Assembly (NCBI GenBank): GCA_905331295.1
Contig: CAJNYD010000012.1
Location: forward strand, 434,001-498,000
Direction: 5' to 3'
DNA: 64,000 nt
From: Rotaria socialis
Lineage: Eukaryota
This document shows positions 38,422-52,382 of the stretch, one piece after another (within the stretch, counting starts at the first letter, position 1; each line of letters begins with the position of its first letter). The translations under genes were made by a program, and so were the position numbers. The notes beneath the pieces are model-generated. The model was not told the DNA's origin, made no database searches, and saw nothing but the letters and a program-made list of their open reading frames with translations.

Positions 38422-41400
38422 GCTTGTTTGAATCCCTGCTATACAAAAAAAAATGTTTATACTAATCGAATGTTGGATAAGTAAAGTTTGATTTTTCTTC
38501 TCGATACACACACACACATACAAGTAATTTAATGAGATATCACACAGAATGAGTCTGTGTGTATTAGGTGAAAGTACGAAAAATTTGTGAGTAGATACTA
38601 GAATAATTCATGATTGTAAACTTACGGTTATTTTTATACGTTCTTCGTTGTTGCTATTCTGAACATAATACACGACCTCAATGGTGTGTAAAATATAAAT
38701 CAAACGAGATGGTTGAAAAGACAGAAGAAAAAAAGAAAAAAGGACACCGACACCAAAGAATTTCAAAAACAAAACAACCGCATCAATTTTTTTTCTTCAA
38801 GCGTGTCGCTACTATGCAATAAACAGAAGTATATGTAGTGGCGCTACATCATACTGTAACAATAAACAATCACAGGTGCAGCCAATAAAAACGATTCATT
38901 CATCCTCTTTGTCGAAAACTCCGTTTTTTCTCTATTCGTATCATTCGAAAACATGAGAAAAAAAACAGCAACTACTGTAAAATAAATTAGATAAGATATA
39001 ATTCACAAGTCCTTACTTTGATCGTATTCTGATATTGATTGGTGTGATCTGTGTACATAGAGCGCATCTTGCGTGACAATAATGATGGCGCTGTGATATT
39101 GGTCAATGTATTCGAGTAGGATATAGTAGATAGGTAGGAAAAAATAGATCATGATGCTGACAACTGTTAATCATGTCAATACCATGTTTATTCATATGAA
39201 TTAGAGTTACTCACATAGTCTAACGATTTTACAGTTGTTTTCATGCAGTCAGGTAAGTATTTAATTCTACTACAGAAGTGAGGCAAAACTGTTCCTAAAC
39301 GACAGTAAACGATTGAGATAACATTTGTTTAAGCTATGACTGCGTATAAATTACAAAATATTTACCGAGCTATTTATTGCGTATATCATTTATACGATGA
39401 CGTTATGAATCAACAGTTAAACCATAGTATAAGGTTATTTTCTAAAAATCTTTTAAAAATATAGTTGTATTCGTTTTGATAGATGGATATAGGAAATAAA
39501 ACGTTAGATAAAATACTACAGAACTTCCAATAGACTACAGTATTTTGAAATGGTATGTTCAGGCGAAAAATGATTAAGTTAACCTTTGATTTGGTTTCCA
39601 AGCTTTTAAAAAGAATATAACCGACCTGCTGGGTCACTTTGCTAGATTTACGGATAACATTGCAACAATAATAATGAAGAAAATTTCTTATTCAATCACA
39701 TTATTTTTGATTATAGATGCAACTGTTATCACTGCTAATTGTTGCAAATGTCAATTATTCTCCTAAATAGAAAATTCAAAGTACAACAACTGGAAGAAAT
39801 ATATAGTGTTGCCTAGAGAGATAAGTACGCTTTCAAATTAACTCTAATTGAATTCAGCGCTGTTCTATGGCATTATTATGAAGCTGTCGACAGAAAAAAG
39901 TCATACGACTCGAAAAACAGAAAATAATAAACATGTTGCTTGAAAACATTTTGTTCTTGTCTTTGTCTTTTGAACAATTTCAAATTATATTGAATTATTA
40001 GAGAGCTTGATTTTTCTATTCTATGATTGTTCTCTTCATCTATTGAGACGCATTCTATTTCAATGAAAAGTTTACGTACAACTGCAAACAAAAGTAAACT
40101 AGTTAAAAAGAATTATGTTTTAACTCATCTATTTAAGCGTTTCATTGAATTTCCTCAGATAATAGTAAACGAGTGTGACTGATAAATGTTTATATGATTA
40201 ATATAGAACTATAATTTCTCACAGGAAACAACGAAATAATACATGTATGATTCTGTGTATGAAGAGATGAGCATAAAATAATGAACATCGATATATATAT
40301 ATATGTATTAGGAATGCTTGAGAGCTTTAAACTATACTATTTTAGCATTGAATATTGACAATAGAGGGAAAAGTTATCTTTAAGGAGTTTAAAAAGCATA
40401 TTAAAATCTGCACCATCTCGTCTTATCAGAATCTAGTCATTTACCAAAGTATACAACAACTCTGTGTCATCTAGGATTTCGCCTAACTTGGTAGTTGAAC
40501 TATTCAATTTTATGGACAGAAGGAGTATAAGGTGTTAGTTCTCTAAACATCTACAGAAATTTAACAATCAACAGATTTGATTGAAACGCAAGAGAGATTT
40601 CTCAGCCTTTCTTTTTTGGAATACACAGCCCATCCAGTTACATTTTATGAATTGAAGAAGGGGTATGAGATATGTCGTGGTCCATTTTTGTAAAATACAG
40701 ATATATTTTGCTGAAGAAGATGGTGAATGTAGGTTTTAAGATGAAGTATTGAAACAGTTAACCCGCTCCTGTTTGCAAGGGGTCAGAAGTAAAAAGGTTC
40801 TAAGAAAATTTATTTTCTATTAGCCGACTTTGTAAGACTTTGAAAACGTTACAGGATATGTGTGAGTTCCCAATTTCAGTCTCAATCGGGCTTTGTCTTA
40901 ACAAGAGTGATCAATGGACAGATGGTCGAATAGTTTTCCTATTGTAATTATCTAGCTTGCAATATCTATACTAAATTGTGTATTTAACAAATCGATTTTC
41001 TACTAGAATGAAGTTTTACTCTTTATATATCATCCGAATGACTTTTTTCTCACTGATCATTTCTCTTTCATTGTATACGTGAAATAAGCGCCATACTCTC
41101 CATAATGAGAAACAATTCCAGTCTTATGTCAAAGCATCTCAGCATTTCATCGAACAATCAATCTAATTAGATCGATTAGTGGACATTTGAATATGAAGTT
41201 ACACCGATAGGTCAAGTTCAGAGTAGAGGTAGTAGGTTAATTAGTTTTGTTGACTATCAAAATAGCTAACTAACCTGATTACTTCAGACAATGAACTTGC
41301 GCATAAAATGTTTTGATCAGTTTTTACTGTAAGTCAGCAATACATCCTAGTAGATTTTAGAATTTATTTCAATAGGAGGCTCATTGGCACATCTATCGAG

Positions 41401-43150
41401 TTTCGTATTACATTTGGCAGAAGTTAATAATAATAATATTTACAATTATCAGGGCCGATAGATTCGATGAGGAGAAAAAAGTGTACTATTTTTCATTATG
41501 GATACATTCTTTCTTAGAATTCTGTAAGTGCAACGAATTAAAATTCTTTCCCTGTTGACTGCAAAAACAGACCCAACTATACTGTTTTGCAATAAAAACG
41601 ACTAGAGGCATTATAAGAAGTGATCGACAATTTTTGTTGTTCGAATAGTAATATGTTCCTAAGATTCATCGACTTTCATAGGAGCAACATTGCGAAGAAA
41701 ACAAGCAAAGGTTCGAATCTGACCAATGTATCCAGAAAACAGGTGTGGAACACAATCCGCACTTGCAAATTTAAGGAAATTTGTATTTCTTTAGTCGGCT
41801 TCTAAGAAAAGCGTCTATATAGTGATAAATTTAGACTTTTTGAGCATGAAACTAATTTATTTTTGCTTACAAAAAAGAGTATATTAACTGCATAAATTAT
41901 GTGCTTTATATTTAGACTTTTTGTTAATCTTAGGTTAGCGTCACAGATGAAACAATAAAATTTTAAATCATTCAAGAATCAAAAATTGTTGAAATGTTCT
42001 TGCCAAACTTGTAAAAAGTATAGATTGTGTGACTAAACTATAAGAAATCTTGAAAGAACTGCATTATTTTATTTTTATGTATTTATTTTCAACTAGAAAA
42101 CAATGAAATATTCTGTGTCATGATCATTTTTGAACTGCTCTCTCAAAAATATTATAAACGAAAATATTGTTTTAGAGTCATAATATATCTCATTTATTGA
42201 TTACAAGTAGAATCAAAAGTAGATTCGAATAGTATTCATTACAGATGTGTCTGAAACACTGTAAAAAATAATAAGTATAGTTTCTTTTTCTTTTCGTTGT
42301 TCCTGTCTAGTAATCGGTTGTGGTTAATATATACAGTCTAAGAAAAAAGAACAAAATAAATTGAACAAAGCGTCAATATATTCTGGAAGTATATTCACAA
42401 ATTTTCGTGATGACTGCTGAATCTATTATTTTTCCAGTATTAATATTATCTCTTCTTTATATTTTGAAACTTTTCGATGAATTTCCGTCGCCTAGACAAA
42501 CTTTTGAACATCAATTAACAGATAAAAAGTACGCTTAGTAACTGTTGAGAATGATTACTACTAGACTAGATGATTCAATTTAATATTGTTGTTTGATAAA
42601 TTTTGTTGTACAATAAAATATTTGAAAAAATTCGATTAGAAAACTTATTGCTCATGAATATTCTGAGAAAATTCAATTATTATTATCCTCTAATTTTTAT
42701 TCTTTGGTGTTTTGAAAGAAGCAATGATTAATGAATAAATAGTGAATAAGCTGTAACTGCTCTGACAAAGCAACAAGAGTACAGGAGAAAAATAATACAG
42801 AGAGAGAACCTGTTCTCAAAAACACAACACACCAAAATCACTAACAAAAACAAAAATGCTGGAAAAATAAAGATCGCTGTACAACATTTTCAAACCACAG
42901 AGCAAGAAGAAAAACAAAAATAGTTTTGTACTCAAAAAGAAAAACAAAGCAATCCAAAGCAAAGCAAAAGTATAGATACAAGATTATTCAGAAATATGAG
43001 AAAAAATACACAAAAAAAAACGAACAAACAAGCAAACAAACAAACAAGCTCTTACTATTGCACTAAATACTGACAGTAATATATATGACGAAGAAAAAAA
43101 TCATTTGTTAGTAACTCTAAATACAATATATTTGATTTATTAGTTTGAAT

Positions 43151-43465
43151 TAGGGGTGGCTCTTTAATTTTAAACTTTAAAACTTTAACTTTAATAAAAG
43201 TAGTGTAAAAATGAAAAGTAATTTTTAGCTCTTTATGTGCGGTTCTATATGGTTTTTATAGTAACTTTAAACTCTGTTTATTAAAGTTTAAAGTTTAAAG
43301 TTACTCTAAAAACCACATAAAATTGCACATAAAGAGCTAAAAATTATTTTTCATTTTTACAGTACTTTTATTAAAGTTAAAGTGTTACACATTAACTTCT
43401 ACTCTTAAAGTTGAAAGTAGACTTTAAACTTTAATTTTTAAAGTAAAGTTAAAGTGCCACCCCTA
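43151..43465. mobile_element. Foldback MITE of hAT type
   Basis: TIR TAGGGGTGGC / GCCACCCCTA; 8-bp TSD GTTTGAAT at 43143-43150 and 43466-43473; the interior is largely self-complementary, with many (AA)CTTTAA repeats. Confidence 0.92.
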
Positions 43466-43481
43466 GTTTGAATTATTAAAC

Positions 43482-44541
43482 TCACTGAAAAATTGAGCGA
43501 CCACAGTGTGGACAATATTTGCAACAGTTTTTATCATTGCTAAAAACAAGAACATAGATTAATGGAAATATTGAGTCGTCATTTGATCCTAGAAGCATCT
43601 TACATTATTGGTTCAGTATTTGTTCGTTGCCAACTATTGTTTACATTTTCATTGTCGGTGGACCATTCAGCATGTGGTGATTGAACTAATGGAGGAAAGA
43701 GCGTTGAAAGTGGACTAGATGACGGAGTTGGAGATGCATTAATCCATAGATTCGATTCTAGTTCAGGTGATGGATGCCACGTGTTCGAGGAAGGTGGTGT
43801 TAATGGCATCCACATTGGTGCATCAGGTGATAAAGATGATGAGGCTGTGAATAATGAAGTAGGACGATTAGTTGAAAGTGCTATTTATATAATTGAATAC
43901 ATAGACGAAGCTTTTTCAAATTACTTTTAAGAATTAATACTTACATCGAAAAGCCGTTCGAGCAGGTGTGTGTGGTGGTGTTGATGAGAGAGATGAAGTT
44001 GGATGATTCTTCGCGACGGCCAAAGAGACCTTGCACAAGAAAAAAAACAGATCAATATGCACGCAAATAAAATGAGAGAAAATTTAGTAGCATACTGTTA
44101 TTTTCCGTCCGTCAGCAATAGTGCCATTTTTAACTTGCATAGCACGTTCACCATCACGTCGCCGAAGAAATGTAAGAAATCCAAAGCCTTTTGATCCTTG
44201 TGCATTTGAAACTACCTCAACATCATCAACTGAGCCAAAAATCTATAGAAGAAATAAAAATCACATGAAGTCTGCTATTTTTGTAAATTTTATTGAGTAT
44301 ATTATTTACATCAAACTGCTCTCGTAAATGTTTATCGGACCAACTAAATGGAATGTTTCCAACATGAATACGTAAAGGACCATCATCTACCAAAGATAAT
44401 TGACGAGATAAATGAATATTATTGATACCATTATTGGATATAATTGAACCATTATTGAATTGATGATGAAAGAACTAAAATGAAGAATTAAATAATGGGT
44501 ATTTCATTTAAATATTTATTTTGAAAAATAATCACCTGCAT
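43482..44541 (-). CDS. RBFOX-like single-RRM RNA-binding protein (divergent), ~6 exons
   Basis: GPLRIHVGNIPFSWSDKHLREQFD / IFGSVDDVEVVSNAQGSKGFGFLTF...NGTIADGRKIT matches the RBFOX RRM pattern; Pro/Ser-rich tail ending CCKYCPHCGRSIFQ*. Confidence 0.78.
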
Positions 44542-45168
44542 TATCGTTGTTTTGTTATTCGGTAGAACAATGATCAAAATATGAGTGACGGACTAAACGA
44601 TCTAAAAGTAATAACGAAATATTGGAATTTAGTTCGTGTCCATGAAACACGAAAAACAAGTCTATGTCTACGCTCATCGTATATCTTTACTAATTTCTGC
44701 ACAGAACGACGAACTGACCGGGCATTAAAATCTTTCTCTTCTTTGCATGCATTTATTTTTCTGTTCTTCTATGTCTTGTGTACACAACATATAAAACGCA
44801 CATGTTGTCACTCACGACTCGATTTATTTCACTGTTGTATGTAACTGATTGTATGAAAGAAACTTCAATAAATTAGTGGTCGATTTTGCGAACATATGTA
44901 CAACGGATATATATATATATATATTTAAATATTCTTCTTTGTTTGTCTATTGGCTATCGAGGTCGTTTTCAACTAATCACGTTTTATTTCATTCTCACGA
45001 AAAATCGTTACTCGTTTTCAACAATATCATATAAATTAATCCTTGGTTCTTTTTGCTTCTCTTTCGGTAACGTCATCATTTACAAAAATGTAACAGTCAT
45101 TAAATCAGTTACATTAGCTTTTAACGAAGAATAAAAATTCGAATATTTTATTTTCAGATTATTACACG

Positions 45169-45223
45169 ATGGCATTTATATGGAATGATAAAAATAATTT
45201 TATTCTATTACATTATGTTGAGC

Positions 45224-45254
<31 letters not shown>

Positions 45255-46814
45255 ACATCATCAACAACAACAACAACAACAACAATCAACAATATCAGAT
45301 ATAAATTGGTCATCGATTGTAAATGATATTAATCTTGAAATTTGTTCAACTTCAACTGTATACTATGATTATCATATTGCTTATTTTACATAATTATTTT
45401 CTTTTCTTTCTAGTTATTAAAGAATCAATACGAATATTTATTAGAAAAATTTTGTACACAACAAGACTCGTTAGTGCTAAAAAAACTATTTTATTTTATT
45501 ATTGTTATCAGAAATCAAATCATTTAGAAAATTTCTTCATTCGACATTCAAACGTAACTATTTACATTCATTGTGTCAAAAAATAGAAGATGATCTACAA
45601 GTAACACTTGAAACTGTCTATGAATTAATAAGACATGCACGTACCAAACGAATTCATGCTGAGGATATTGAAAATTTGCTTACAGAATGGAATTTTAAGT
45701 AAACACATCTTTTTCTTAATAATAAAATAAAATTGTTCTATTTCAGTTTTACATCTGATGACGAAAAAAGCAATAAAGATCGTCTGTTGCATGTATTAAA
45801 TCGTCTTCTTAATTATATACACACTTTTTCAAACAATGATGATCGAGCAATACCCCATTATTTAGTAACATAGATTAATAATTAGGTTTTCTACTTCTAT
45901 TTAAGTATTAATTTAGTCGACAAATTCAAATATGACCAAGCAATCGATTGTTATTCAAGAAGGAATACACGATCAAGATCTAGAATTGATATCAGATAAT
46001 GATGATGACATTTCGATGACACATGCCTCTAAAACGAAACAAAAGCAATTGTTAAATATTGATAATAATCAGCCACTATTAACTGCAATTGAACCAGACG
46101 TTTGTTTTATTTCTAAGAATATTTTATTGTAGTATAAAATTATTGTTTAAAATTTTAATTAGAAATTTTCTACAGCTCGTCGTCGAACAAAATCATTAAC
46201 AGTATTCGATGCAAATAAACAATATAAAGTAAATATTGGAGTAGAATGGTTTGTACCAAAATTAAAACGCCGACAGAGATCTTCATCTTTTCATGGACAA
46301 TATCAATCATCAGTATCAATCGATTCTTTACTATTACAAAATCGAAATGTTCAACGTAATGATATACGTAAGTCAAACATATTTATATCAGGAATTCATT
46401 AATTTACTATTGTTTTAATGATATAGGTGTGACGACTACAGAAAATGATCAATCTTCAGATTTGATAAATAATTCAAATCTTCGACAAACACATACACAA
46501 CCAAGTATTTCTTGGCTACCACGGACAAGCGCACAGGTCTACATTCTTTAATCATTTAAATGTTCTTTTTATCCTATTGGCATCATCTTTGATTAATAGA
46601 TTTCAGAAAAGGAGCGTCAACAAAATGAATCAAAACTAATCGACAATGAACAATGTGTAAATTCAATTTCAGTGCTTTTTGTTAAAGATTTCATAACATA
46701 TTTGTTGATTTAATCTAGGAGCAGATGTCTTCTTCAGATTCTGAATCAATGAAAATCCAACAGTCATCAGACCAACAGGAACAACATTCATGTAAACGAC
46801 AACGTCTTTCTTGA
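45169..46814 (+). CDS. Uncharacterised multi-exon protein with Myb/SANT-like N-terminus interrupted by poly-His/poly-Gln
   Basis: W...FILLHYV-(H)n(Q)n-INWSSIV...LKNQYEYLLE; a series of short GT-AG introns; last exon ends KRQRLS* at 46812-46814. Confidence 0.6.
45226..45285 (+). repeat. (CAT)n(CAA)n coding microsatellite
   Basis: Directly visible; encodes a poly-His/poly-Gln tract. Confidence 0.9.
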
Positions 46815-49800
46815 AAAATTAAAGCAATAGAACATTTTTGTATATAATTTCATATTTAACTCAAAGTTTAATTCATCATTCCTGATTTCTGTTTTCTTCT
46901 GAACTCTAATTGATTGAATTTTTCTGTATGGAATATTGAAATAATGATCCATCTTATCTTGTTGAAGTATTTTTGTTTGTAAAGAGAGTATCTCATCAAT
47001 TAAATAATTTCTATGACTCAATAAATTTAGATTGAATTATTAGCTTGTTGCATCTATAAGCTATTTAGATTGGCAACATCAATTGAAGTTGAATCGGAAC
47101 AGATTATTTTTGAATCTAATATTGAAATAAAATTGAATCGTTTAGGTTATCATATGATACTTATCTGATAGTTATATTCTTATCAACCGAGAGTTATTCA
47201 ACGAAAGATTTTGCTTGTTCTATTGTGTATTCATAATTTTCTCCTACTTTACAAAATTTTCTACAATAATTTCACTAAGTTTTAATGACTTAGTATCATC
47301 ACCATAGATTACGATAAATTTTCCATTCTAATTATTTTCTAATTTTACCTGTCGCACGCAAAATTATTGTTATAATTGTAATGTTAACTAATAGACACTA
47401 GTTATGTATGGAAATAAACTGATATTAAGACTGTAATTGCTGTTAACATCTTCATTGCAAAAATAACTTAAAAATATGATAATATCAACTCATTGAATGC
47501 AAGCACCAATTTGATTTTCATCCTTGTTAACTCCTGGACAAGAAACTGCTTCATATATTTTCTCTATTTATTAATATTGGTGATGATACTACAATAATAA
47601 TCGTGTGATTCGTTGTTGTCTTTTGTACGTTCACATCATCAGTTATGTCATCCATGAGATTGCAGAGTTTTATTGTCGATTTGGAGAAATAAAACGTTAT
47701 TGTTTGAATTATTATGAGATATAGAGGGTTGTCTCCATCAATGGTGCATATTAAACGCTATAAACCAGGAAAGTACTGTTTTAAAACCAATTTAAAGAAT
47801 TATGTCATGGTTAGGTAACAATTTTATTTAATAGACCGAAAAAAATCACTATCTCATATTTGAATAGACATTTCATTCCTCAAGATCTGTGTGAAACTCC
47901 CAATAAGACTTTATTCTCCGTGCGTCACGTAGGCTAAATTATAATATATCTTTGGGAAAAAGATGTCTGCCTTCAGGTAATGAGAGTTCACTATAAAAAG
48001 CTTACCCGTACTTGCGGGACATAATTAGAATAAAGTAAGAATGGGGAAGGTAACAGATTAAGTATAGGCCAATGTTATTTATAATAACATTAATAATAAG
48101 GATAATGATGTTTTATTAATAAAGATGGTTTCTGTCGATAAATATAATAAACAACAACTGGTTTCGTTAGAGAGAAAGAGAGAGAACGGAAAACAAGGTG
48201 GCGAATGACCGACAGGTCAAAGAGAAAACATCAAAGAGGATTAATATCATTGATATATCACAGTGACAAGTTTGGTGTCAATGAGCACCAACTATTGATG
48301 CTAACAATCTGTCGTGTCATTTTGAACTCATTGGATGAATGGGTTGGCATAGTTTTGAATCAAAATTTTAGTATTAAAATGTTTTATAGTCATGACTAAA
48401 CTCATGAGAATTGTGACTTTCTATAATACCTAATTCGCTTTTCTCCATAAGAAAAATTGAGTTTTAGCTGATTGATCGAAATTTCTTCAGATCCTACATT
48501 ATTTCCGTGAATGAAGGTATTTTAATAATTTATAGAATATAAAATTAGCTAAGACACATTCTCTGACTAAAAATTTATAAAAATAAAAACTTAAAAATAG
48601 CTTACAGATATCATACTAAAATCTAGTGAATTTCTTTCTACATTTCTTTCAGACACGTTCTTACTGTTATTCTATTTTTTGTTAGTTGAGACCAAAATTG
48701 AACATGAGATGTAAAAAAAAATGTTACGTTAATCTCAGAAGTAAAGAGTTATAATCAAACATTTCATTTTCCAGTATTCAAAAATGCTATGGCCTATCTG
48801 ATGACACGATATATCGATATAAGAATATTTTTTATTTACTGAATTTTTGCTATCGAAATAGGTTATAAATTGAGTTCATACGGATCTTGAAGGTCTTATA
48901 CTATTCAAAGTTACATGTCAAGTTTTACTTATAGCATCTGCATTATTTAGTATTTCTTTAGGTGAACGTACACACCATCTTTCGAATTGAAAACTTAGTG
49001 GCTATTGCTAGTTGTGTTATATAGGTAAATATACTTATCTTAGGGGTTAAGATAAGCTACATTCACACGCTACATACAATAGTGTATGTAGCTTATCATA
49101 TGCGATTAGAACCAATAGAATCACTGTCCAATGTTTACTCTGATCCATCCAATAATTGTTTGACGTAAAATAGCTGTTGTATGCTAATATAATGTGATTT
49201 GTGCGAAACAAATTAGAAGTACTTTTTTTAAGGATTCTTCTATACTATATTAAGTGTAATGCTAATGCTTAACTAATTAAAAATATTATTTAGGATAAAA
49301 CTATTAAAAGTTATGGTACTAAAATAAACAATCATACATTTTCAACGGAATCAAGGTATCATTCTAAATTGAAAATAAATTAGGATATATTTAAAATATA
49401 AGCAAACTCGTTTCCTATGATCTTATAATAATGAAACTATCGTTTACCTTAACGGGACACTAATACTTTTTCCTCAGAGACTATATTTTTGTGAACCATT
49501 ACATTCAACATTTGATGCGATGCAGAAAGAAAAGAAAAAGAAGCACGTGTGTTGTGCATGTGCAATATTCATATTCAATGATGATCGATAAAACGAAGTT
49601 CAAAAAGAATTTGTCTTTCCTTTCGGAAAAGTAGCCTATCATTAAAGATAAAAATACTTTAATATTTTAATGATTTCTTGATTTGTTTAGCATATTGATC
49701 CGCTGATTATACAGCAAAAAGCAGAGCTATCAGTTAAATAATACCTCTAAGATACATTGATCTGAATATTCTTCTCTCGAATTTAGTTTTTCGTTTATAG

Positions 49801-51296
49801 GTGTAAGAAGAAATTCATCAGTAGAAAAAATAAAATTTTGAAGGGTTTGAGGAAAAACAGGAAAAACTTGATAATCTATTTTTTTCTTAATTCAATCCAT
49901 ATTGGTATTGAATACTGAAAACCTTGACCGAGGTGTGAAATAGTTATTAATCTGAAAGTTAGATTCAAATGACTTCGATCCAAAAATATGATTCCAAAAA
50001 CTTGGATGTTTAAATGCAACTTCATTTGTCTCTTATTTGTTATTTTCGAAATTTTTTTCCAAAGGTCTTAAAATTATCGAATATATAACAATCAGCTACT
50101 ATTTTGTTTGTACATTTGTTTTTCATGCCAGCGCATATTCAAATAAGCAAAGGAAGATAGAAAAACCTCAGTTGAGATATTAAATCACAAAAAGAATTAA
50201 AATTTTCTCGTATCTGAGGCCAAGTATTTCAGTATAAAAAGAGCTGCTCAGCTGTTCACGATTAATTGTGCAACTTGTTGCATTAATGATTATATCATGT
50301 TGAATTGTTTTACTAAAACTGAATAGATGACAAATAAAATTTATCATCACAGAGAGAAAAGTGACAGTAAGAAATTCTGAAATATTAATTTGTGAGATCT
50401 TTCCTAAGAAAAAAAATTAGCTTCTACGTCTAATAAAAGAAATGCATTATTGTGAATAACAAGAGAGAATTTTTTAATCAAGATCACAATATGATCTATA
50501 CAAGCGCAAGTTCGTAAAAAACGATATACACAATACGTATTACGTACTACTATATTTTTTTTTCTCTGTTAGATTTCTTGTTCGATACTGCCGGTAATTT
50601 AAGATCAGTCAAATGAGTTAGTAAACTGTCTTGAAACAGAATTTTTTTACAATTGATTGATAAAACTGCGAAGTGATGATTTTTGAATCACGAAAAGAAG
50701 TATCCAAAATAATCTAAGCCTTTTTGCATTTATTTTAGTTTAGTTATTCGGTCAGTGTGTATTTCGCATGCATAAATTTTTTTGATTTTATTAAAAAGTT
50801 TTTGACAACATTAATCTCGTAGTCGTAGATTAGCAAGTTTTTTTCTTTTTTGTGTCTCTCTGTACACACTATATATGAACAAGCCTATTGAAAGATGATT
50901 TTGATGAGAATTAAGAATACAATAGAACAAACATAATAAAAAAGAAGTTTTTTATTCTTGACAGTAAATCTATTTTTAAATAATTTTATTCATATCATAT
51001 TAATGTCGAAAGAGAGAAACCTGTTTTTCATACAAGCATTTTATCGTCGAATATGAATGTATGTATATATTCTTGCTTCGAGCACCCTCTTTTTCATCTT
51101 TGAGGCTCAATGTCTTTCTATTGCAATGGAAAACAAGTGTCTGTAAGTCAAAGTGTATGTAGATTATCTTAACCTATGTTTAGGAGAGGAGAAATATTTG
51201 CTTCTTTTTGTATAGAATGTTTTAACATTTAATAGATACGCTACTTGTTCTCTATCATAATTTTTGTAACTTTTATCATGTAAGAGATATTTATTC

Positions 51297-52382
51297 ATGC
51301 ATCGTATTGTATGCGCCGTTAATGAGTCTCTCTATTATCAAATGCTTTGTAAAGGTTTACTTCTGTCTCTACTAAAATATCAATCAATCCCATGGAAAAT
51401 TACAACTCTACTCGATGGTGCACATTGTCAACCATTAAATGATCTTGGTCAAAACATCGAGATTACATCTGTCAAACCATTAGATATTATCTGTGGATCT
51501 GTTTCATCTCGAACTACATTCGCTCGACTTGAGATTCCGTATCTTTTTCCACATGAAAGAAGAATTTTATATTTAGACGTTGATACTTATACTATGAATA
51601 GTATTCACGAACTTTTCACTATTCCATTTAAGACAATTGCTGCAGTCGTTCCTGGAACACATTTAATGATTAAAGAATTCATAAATCGCGAGTTTAAAGC
51701 AAATCTTACTAAAATGGATTATGAATTAGATGGAATTCGTTATTCAGTCGGTGAAAAAAATCACAAATATTTTAATGCTGGCAAGTAAAATCTTTTTGGA
51801 CTAATCACTTTTTTCTCAAAAACGTACTATTAGTTTTAAGTGTTTTGAGTAAACATAAAATTAATCATTATATTTTATTGATTTTATGCAGTCAAGTTTT
51901 TATATGCAATAAATTTGAAATAAAATGCAATACCAAACTTTGATTTAATTCAGTAACTGAATTCCTTAATATAGAATATGTATGTTTTGTTTTTGTCAGG
52001 TGTAATGTTAATCGATGCATATAAATGGCGCGAACTTCGTATTAAACAACATGTTCAAGCTCTAGCACTTTCACATCCATCAGCTATGTATACAAGTGAT
52101 GAAATGGCGCTTAACCTAATTTTTCGTGGTCATTTAACTCAGCTTCAACAGTGTTACAATACGTTTTCATTTACAGAGACATATCTCACTGAAATGCCGC
52201 GTATTTGGCATTTCAATACATATAAACCTATTGTTCATGCACCATTAGCTCAATTTGATACATGGTTATCAATCTTTAAAGCAACAGATCAAATACTTCT
52301 AAAAAAACTAGAAAAGATCTCTCAAACATTGGGAAAATTAGCTATGCTAGCATTAAAAAGTGAAGATTATAATCAAATTTGA
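51297..52382 (+). CDS. Glycosyltransferase family 8 (RfaJ/LgtC/GspA-like), 2 exons
   Basis: TFARLEIPYLFP...RILYLDVD (DxD)...YFNAG / VMLID...W...DEMALN...YN...IWHFN..KP; intron 51781-51999 (GC-AG); no signal anchor. Confidence 0.9.

Noticed and set aside
39000..42300. Short ORFs and mildly GC-richer patches between SETD2 and the RBFOX-like gene
   Set aside because: I could find no TIR/TSD, tRNA/rRNA structure or protein motif to support them.
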